DNA of 64,000 nt from the NCBI GenBank assembly GCA_964106915.2, contig OZ066922.1; one strand, given 5' to 3'. Of this stretch, positions 59,801 to 64,000 are shown piece by piece (position 1 is the stretch's first letter; each line of letters begins with the position of its first letter). A program made the position numbers and the translations under genes. The notes under the pieces are model-generated. The model searched no databases, was not told the origin of the DNA, and saw only the letters and a program-made list of their open reading frames with translations. This stretch comes from Podarcis gaigeae. Taxonomy: Eukaryota.

Positions 59801-60493
59801 GATAAAGAATGTATTTGTAAATAGCATGATACTGAGCTTCAAGTAGAAACATCCTACACTAATAAGCTCATTCTTCAGAGTACAGACTTGCATTGCTCAA
59901 ATAGCACCATTCACAAACAAGAGGAGGTATCAGCAGGCTTCAGTGAACTCCAAGGTTTGCAGAAGTACAAAAACAAAAACCACAGTAAAAACTCTAAGAT
60001 GTAGCCCCAAAATATCCCAATGAGGACTGAGCATGCACAGTAACTTTGGAGCACTGGCCTACTTGTAGGGAGGAGAGAAGGAATGAAGTATCCTGGAAAA
60101 GGGTTGGCAGTAACCCTGAACATTTTATTGCAAGTTCCACTTGTCACATATGATGGGGATTAATATTGTTCACGCAATTACTGTACTCATATTCATTAGA
60201 ATTTTTTCTTAAATACAAATCCCAATGCCTCTTTTATACACCACCTATTGAAATATACTGTATACTATTAATAATTCAAAAGGATATCCCAATTTCTTCA
60301 TGTTTGGACCAAGCAAAATGGTTTTGGACACATCAGCAATAAACAAAATGTTACACCACATTTACCTGTTTATCTTTATCCACTCCAGCCATGAAAATCT
60401 GCTTGTATTTGTCCTTAAAAGCAAAGTTTAGGGCTTGAGTTGGGAAGTACCGGATAACATTGGCAAGATTGCCACGCCAGAAGCTGGCAAATC
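53612..60493 (-). CDS. SLC25A31: ADP/ATP translocase 4 (ANT4), exons 2-6; exon 1 outside the window
   Basis: Exons 60366-60493, 56877-56994, 56309-56463, 55130-55255 and 53612-53812 are in frame. The ANT signature RRRMMM is present. The layout matches the six-exon ANT4 structure (ANT1-3 have four exons) and the gene is next to HSPA4L. Confidence 0.95.
55130..55255 (-). CDS. SLC25A31: SLC25A31 exon 5
   Basis: [42 protein letters not shown]; 126 nt. Confidence 0.95.
56309..56463 (-). CDS. SLC25A31: SLC25A31 exon 4
   Basis: [51 protein letters not shown]; 155 nt. Confidence 0.95.
56877..56994 (-). CDS. SLC25A31: SLC25A31 exon 3
   Basis: [39 protein letters not shown]; 118 nt. Confidence 0.95.
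58470..58749 (+). mobile_element. Bipartite (5'+3') BovB-derived non-autonomous element
   Basis: BovB 5'-UTR-like block joined near 58666 to the same BovB 3' end as the 40441 and 42378 copies; (CAA)n tail; 9-bp TSD atatggcct (58461-58469 and 58750-58758). Confidence 0.8.
60366..60493 (-). CDS. SLC25A31: SLC25A31 exon 2
   Basis: [42 protein letters not shown]; 128 nt. Confidence 0.95.
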
Positions 60494-62379
60494 CTACAGA
60501 AGATTAAAAAATGTACAGTTGACATGATCTTAAATTGTTTCTGTTGCATAACTACATGTTTATGTCTACTGAACTTGGACCTATTCATATGCTTGAAATG
60601 GTACTTGTGGAATAAGTGAATCCATAAAGAGTTCAATGTTCACTGATCATCCAATTCTTTCACCTCAAATCTAGATCCCCTATAATTATGTACAACTGTC
60701 TCAGTACTGATTTTTTAAAAAGCAGAGAGAGATGCAAACCCTGGAAAAAACGGAAGCTCAGATCATCGATAGCAGTAAACTGGATGCTATTAATCTTTTA
60801 AAGAGCCAGAGTTAGCAAATAAACAGCAGGAAATAGAAAGCACACTGTGATGGTAAAGCATGCTAAATCTGTGTGTTTGATTGCCACCAAATATATAACC
60901 TAGTCTTAGTAAGATAGTACTGTACAGCTGTTTTTTAGGTTATGTTTTCACCACCAGAGGGGGTGCTAAACCCATTTTAATAAGGAGTGGTGGACTTGGT
61001 TTTGCAGTACATTGGAGGCATACATGCATAAATTTTAAATAACCAGAATTAGCCAAACAATAATTATTTTAGACATTCTGACCACTGTGCTGTTCAGGCT
61101 CAGGTGATCTTGCTAAGACTCAGGTGATGCAGTGTATTACTAAGCCTTACTAAGTGAAAACTAGATCAACAAAAGGAATTATTTTGGAGGAAGAGTTTTG
61201 CTGAGAGCTGGGGAAAGTGAAGGCAAAACTAGGCTTTGAGGAAGATCTGAAGAGGCAAAAGAAAGGGAGATAGGCAGACCTGGATTAAACTACATATGTA
61301 TTTCAAGAGGAAATACCACATAAAAAGAGCAGCATTTGAGAACAGGAAAAGTCAAACAAAGGGACAAATGGAAGCCAAGGTCTCACTGCAGGAATGTAAA
61401 GAGAGCTGAAAAGGAGCATGAAGCCAAACAATACCAAAGCTTGTGGGCACCAGTTAACTGGAAGGGAGAAGGAGGGAGGAAGAATCATTGGAAAGATCTG
61501 AGAATCTTGGTTAGGTCAAAGAGGACAATTTTACAGGATGAGTTTAGATCAGTGGAAAATGAGTTTAACATGCAAGTAAGATCTGTTCAAGACAAAAAGT
61601 AGTCAAAGGATGGAAAAGTGTTGCATCTGCAGGCACCAAGGTAAATAATGGCAATCAGTAATGGGCACTATATATTCTGATGGAAAACAAGGCTTCTGCA
61701 AACATTAAGTACGATGAAAGATCTTTACTGTTGTGACCACTGCAGTTCAGTACAAGTTGTAAGGAGAGGGCTTACACTGCAGGACAAAATATTTAAATTT
61801 AAAGTGATAAGGAAAGTATTGCTTCAAATATCAGTGGCTGTCTAGACAGGAGTGCAAAAGATTGTTATGAAAAAAGTTAAAACTAATGTTTTTGCTAATA
61901 AGAGCAAGCAGGGCATGTTTCCTGTTTTATTCAGTAGCTTGGTAGACCATAAATGAAGGGGATACTTCCAACATTTGATGAAGAATAGTAGATAATTATG
62001 TTCATTTTTGTGTTCATATTTTATTAAAGTTATGTAACTGAATGACATGGAAAATAAAAGTCTGAGCAGTTGGTAATCCATATTTCATTCAACGTATAGA
62101 ACAAATTTTAGCTTGCGCCCAACATTTAATATGACAGCCTTCAATCTGTAGTGTTTAAACGAAGACAATGAAGGCATTCATTCTCATAAGAACATGTAAA
62201 ATAACTCTAAAACGGGAACCAAGTGTTTCAAGTTAAATGCACAAAGGTATCACAGTTTGAGAGTCATCAAGCCATGGTAAGAACTGCCAATTGTTTTGAA
62301 ATATCTTCAAGATAATATTCCTTTACTAGGTCCAAAAGCTCAGTTCACATTTAGGGAGAACACATTTGTATTGTCCTAT

Positions 62380-62717
62380 GCCTCAGCACCTAGGACTTGC
62401 CGATCGAAAGGTCGGCGGTTCGAATCCCTGCGGCGGGGTGCGCTCCCGCTGCTCGGTCCCAGTGCCTGCCAACCTAGCAGTTCGAAAGCACCTCCGGGTG
62501 CAAGTAGATAAATAGGGACCGCTTACCAGCGGGAAGGTAAACGGCGTTTCCGTGTGCGGCTCTGGCTCGCCAGAGCAGCGATGTCACGCTGGCCACGTGA
62601 CCCGGAAGTGTCTCCGGACAGCGCTGGCCCCTGGCCTCTTAAGTGAGATGGGCGCACAACCCCAGAGTCTGGCAAGACTGGCCCGTACGGGCAGGGGTAC
62701 CTCTACCTTTACCTTTA
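62380..62717 (+). mobile_element. Sauria SINE, young, slightly 5'-truncated
   Basis: Near-identical to the 47721 copy; B box intact; no obvious TSD. Confidence 0.9.
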
Positions 62718-64000
62718 TTTCACCTTACTACCCAAACACTAGCAGTCTAGTTCTACATAGGTTGGTCTGGTATGTCCTGCGGAGTTCAGTAAAACATTTC
62801 TTAATAAAAGTGGTTTAGAACTGCAGCTAAAATGTTCAGAATCTTTGTTTCATGATGTGGGCTCCAAATAAGCCAGGCTAAATATTTTGCTGGTAAAACA
62901 GACACTGAAGGCATGCTAAACTACAGATTTAGTGCACATTAACACTATATACACACAGCAAGGAAAGAGATCCCATGCCTATTGAATTAAAGGTATATGG
63001 AGGTACTTGGAACTAATTGTTTAGTGGATTTGTTGTTTTAGATTTGCTACTTTCCTAATCAAATAAGCACTGTAGTGGGGATCCATAAACACAAAGAACT
63101 GCTTACACAGACAATTATAATTTAAAAGTATGAACATTTGTACAAAACACCCTTAGAATTCACCATAAATAGAGTAACTGCACAAAAATACATGGCACAG
63201 GTCAGTGTACAATGTTATAATAATTATTTGGAGAAAGATAACCACCTATGAGATCTTCAGCTATTATTCCAGGAAGTCAAATTAAGTTTCTATCCTACGC
63301 AATGGCTTGGGAGTAAGTCCCACTGAACTGGGTGGGGCTTAGCTCCAAGCAGACATATCTAGGATCAGGCTGCACGTGTGGTGCAGTGGGAGTCTTGTAT
63401 TTCTGTTGCTTAGAGAAGTAGGAGTATATATTACAGAAGAAATCCTTGCTTGCTGGGTGAATATATTCCGTTAGCTGAAATGTGAGCATGTTGTATTAAT
63501 TTTGCATGTGTAGATAGGTCAGTATGAATTAGGGAAACCTGGTGTGGTGGAAGCAGCCAGGAAGGGGATGGGAGTTGTACAATGGGGGGGGGGGAGGACA
63601 TAAAAAGGATATTATGCACTATGTACTCTGGAGTGTGCAACTGTTTGGTTGGAATGAAAACAATATAGGAATATGGAAGTGAGGCCTCATTGGAAGCACA
63701 CAGCCATTAAGGAAAGATTGGAAAAATGTAAAAGCTGGAATATTGCCTTGGAGAAAACACACAAACACACACACACACACACACAAACTATTCAGAGTAT
63801 TAGTAATAAGTATTTGTTTTGTGCTAGGTATTCAGAGAACTTAATAGCACATTTCCCCACTATCTTTTACAGCCACCTCAAAAAGGTAGGCCAGAATTAT
63901 TAGCCTCTTATTGCAGCTGGTGGGGGGGTTGGCACAACAGAATTGCCACTTATTTTGTTCACAGTTGAGGCACGATTTAAACAAGGGGCAAACGTTTGTG

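Noticed and set aside
60494-64000. SLC25A31 exon 1
   Set aside because: No ANT N-terminal sequence ([23 protein letters not shown]-like) and no CpG island is visible, so it must lie beyond the window.

Overview
Vertebrate genomic DNA, almost certainly a squamate and probably a lacertid-like lizard, inferred from Sauria/Squam1 SINEs, Squam3 SINEs, RTE-BovB, CR1, L2 and Penelope relics. Three intron-containing genes can be traced by splice sites and reading frame. (1) The 3' part (12 exons, ~380 aa, 133-11394, + strand) of an intact WD40-repeat gene of the WDR49/WDR95/WDY-like family. (2) A complete 19-exon HSPA4L (Hsp110 family, APG-1/Osp94; 838 aa; 17645-43491, - strand) with a CpG-island promoter carrying a heat-shock element. 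(3) Exons 2-6 of SLC25A31 (ANT4; 53612-60493, - strand), with exon 1 beyond the right edge. The main leads are: the WD40 gene lying tail-to-tail with HSPA4L, which mirrors the recalled WDR95-HSPH1 arrangement and may be a retained ohnolog; an apparent compensated double frameshift inside one of its exons; a 1.2-kb palindrome-packed GC-rich Tigger-like element next to the HSPA4L promoter; bipartite Bov-A-like RTE derivatives; a Penelope insertion with a hammerhead-ribozyme-like motif; and possible decayed exons between the WD40 gene and HSPA4L. Family names and comparisons with human genes are from memory, not from searches.
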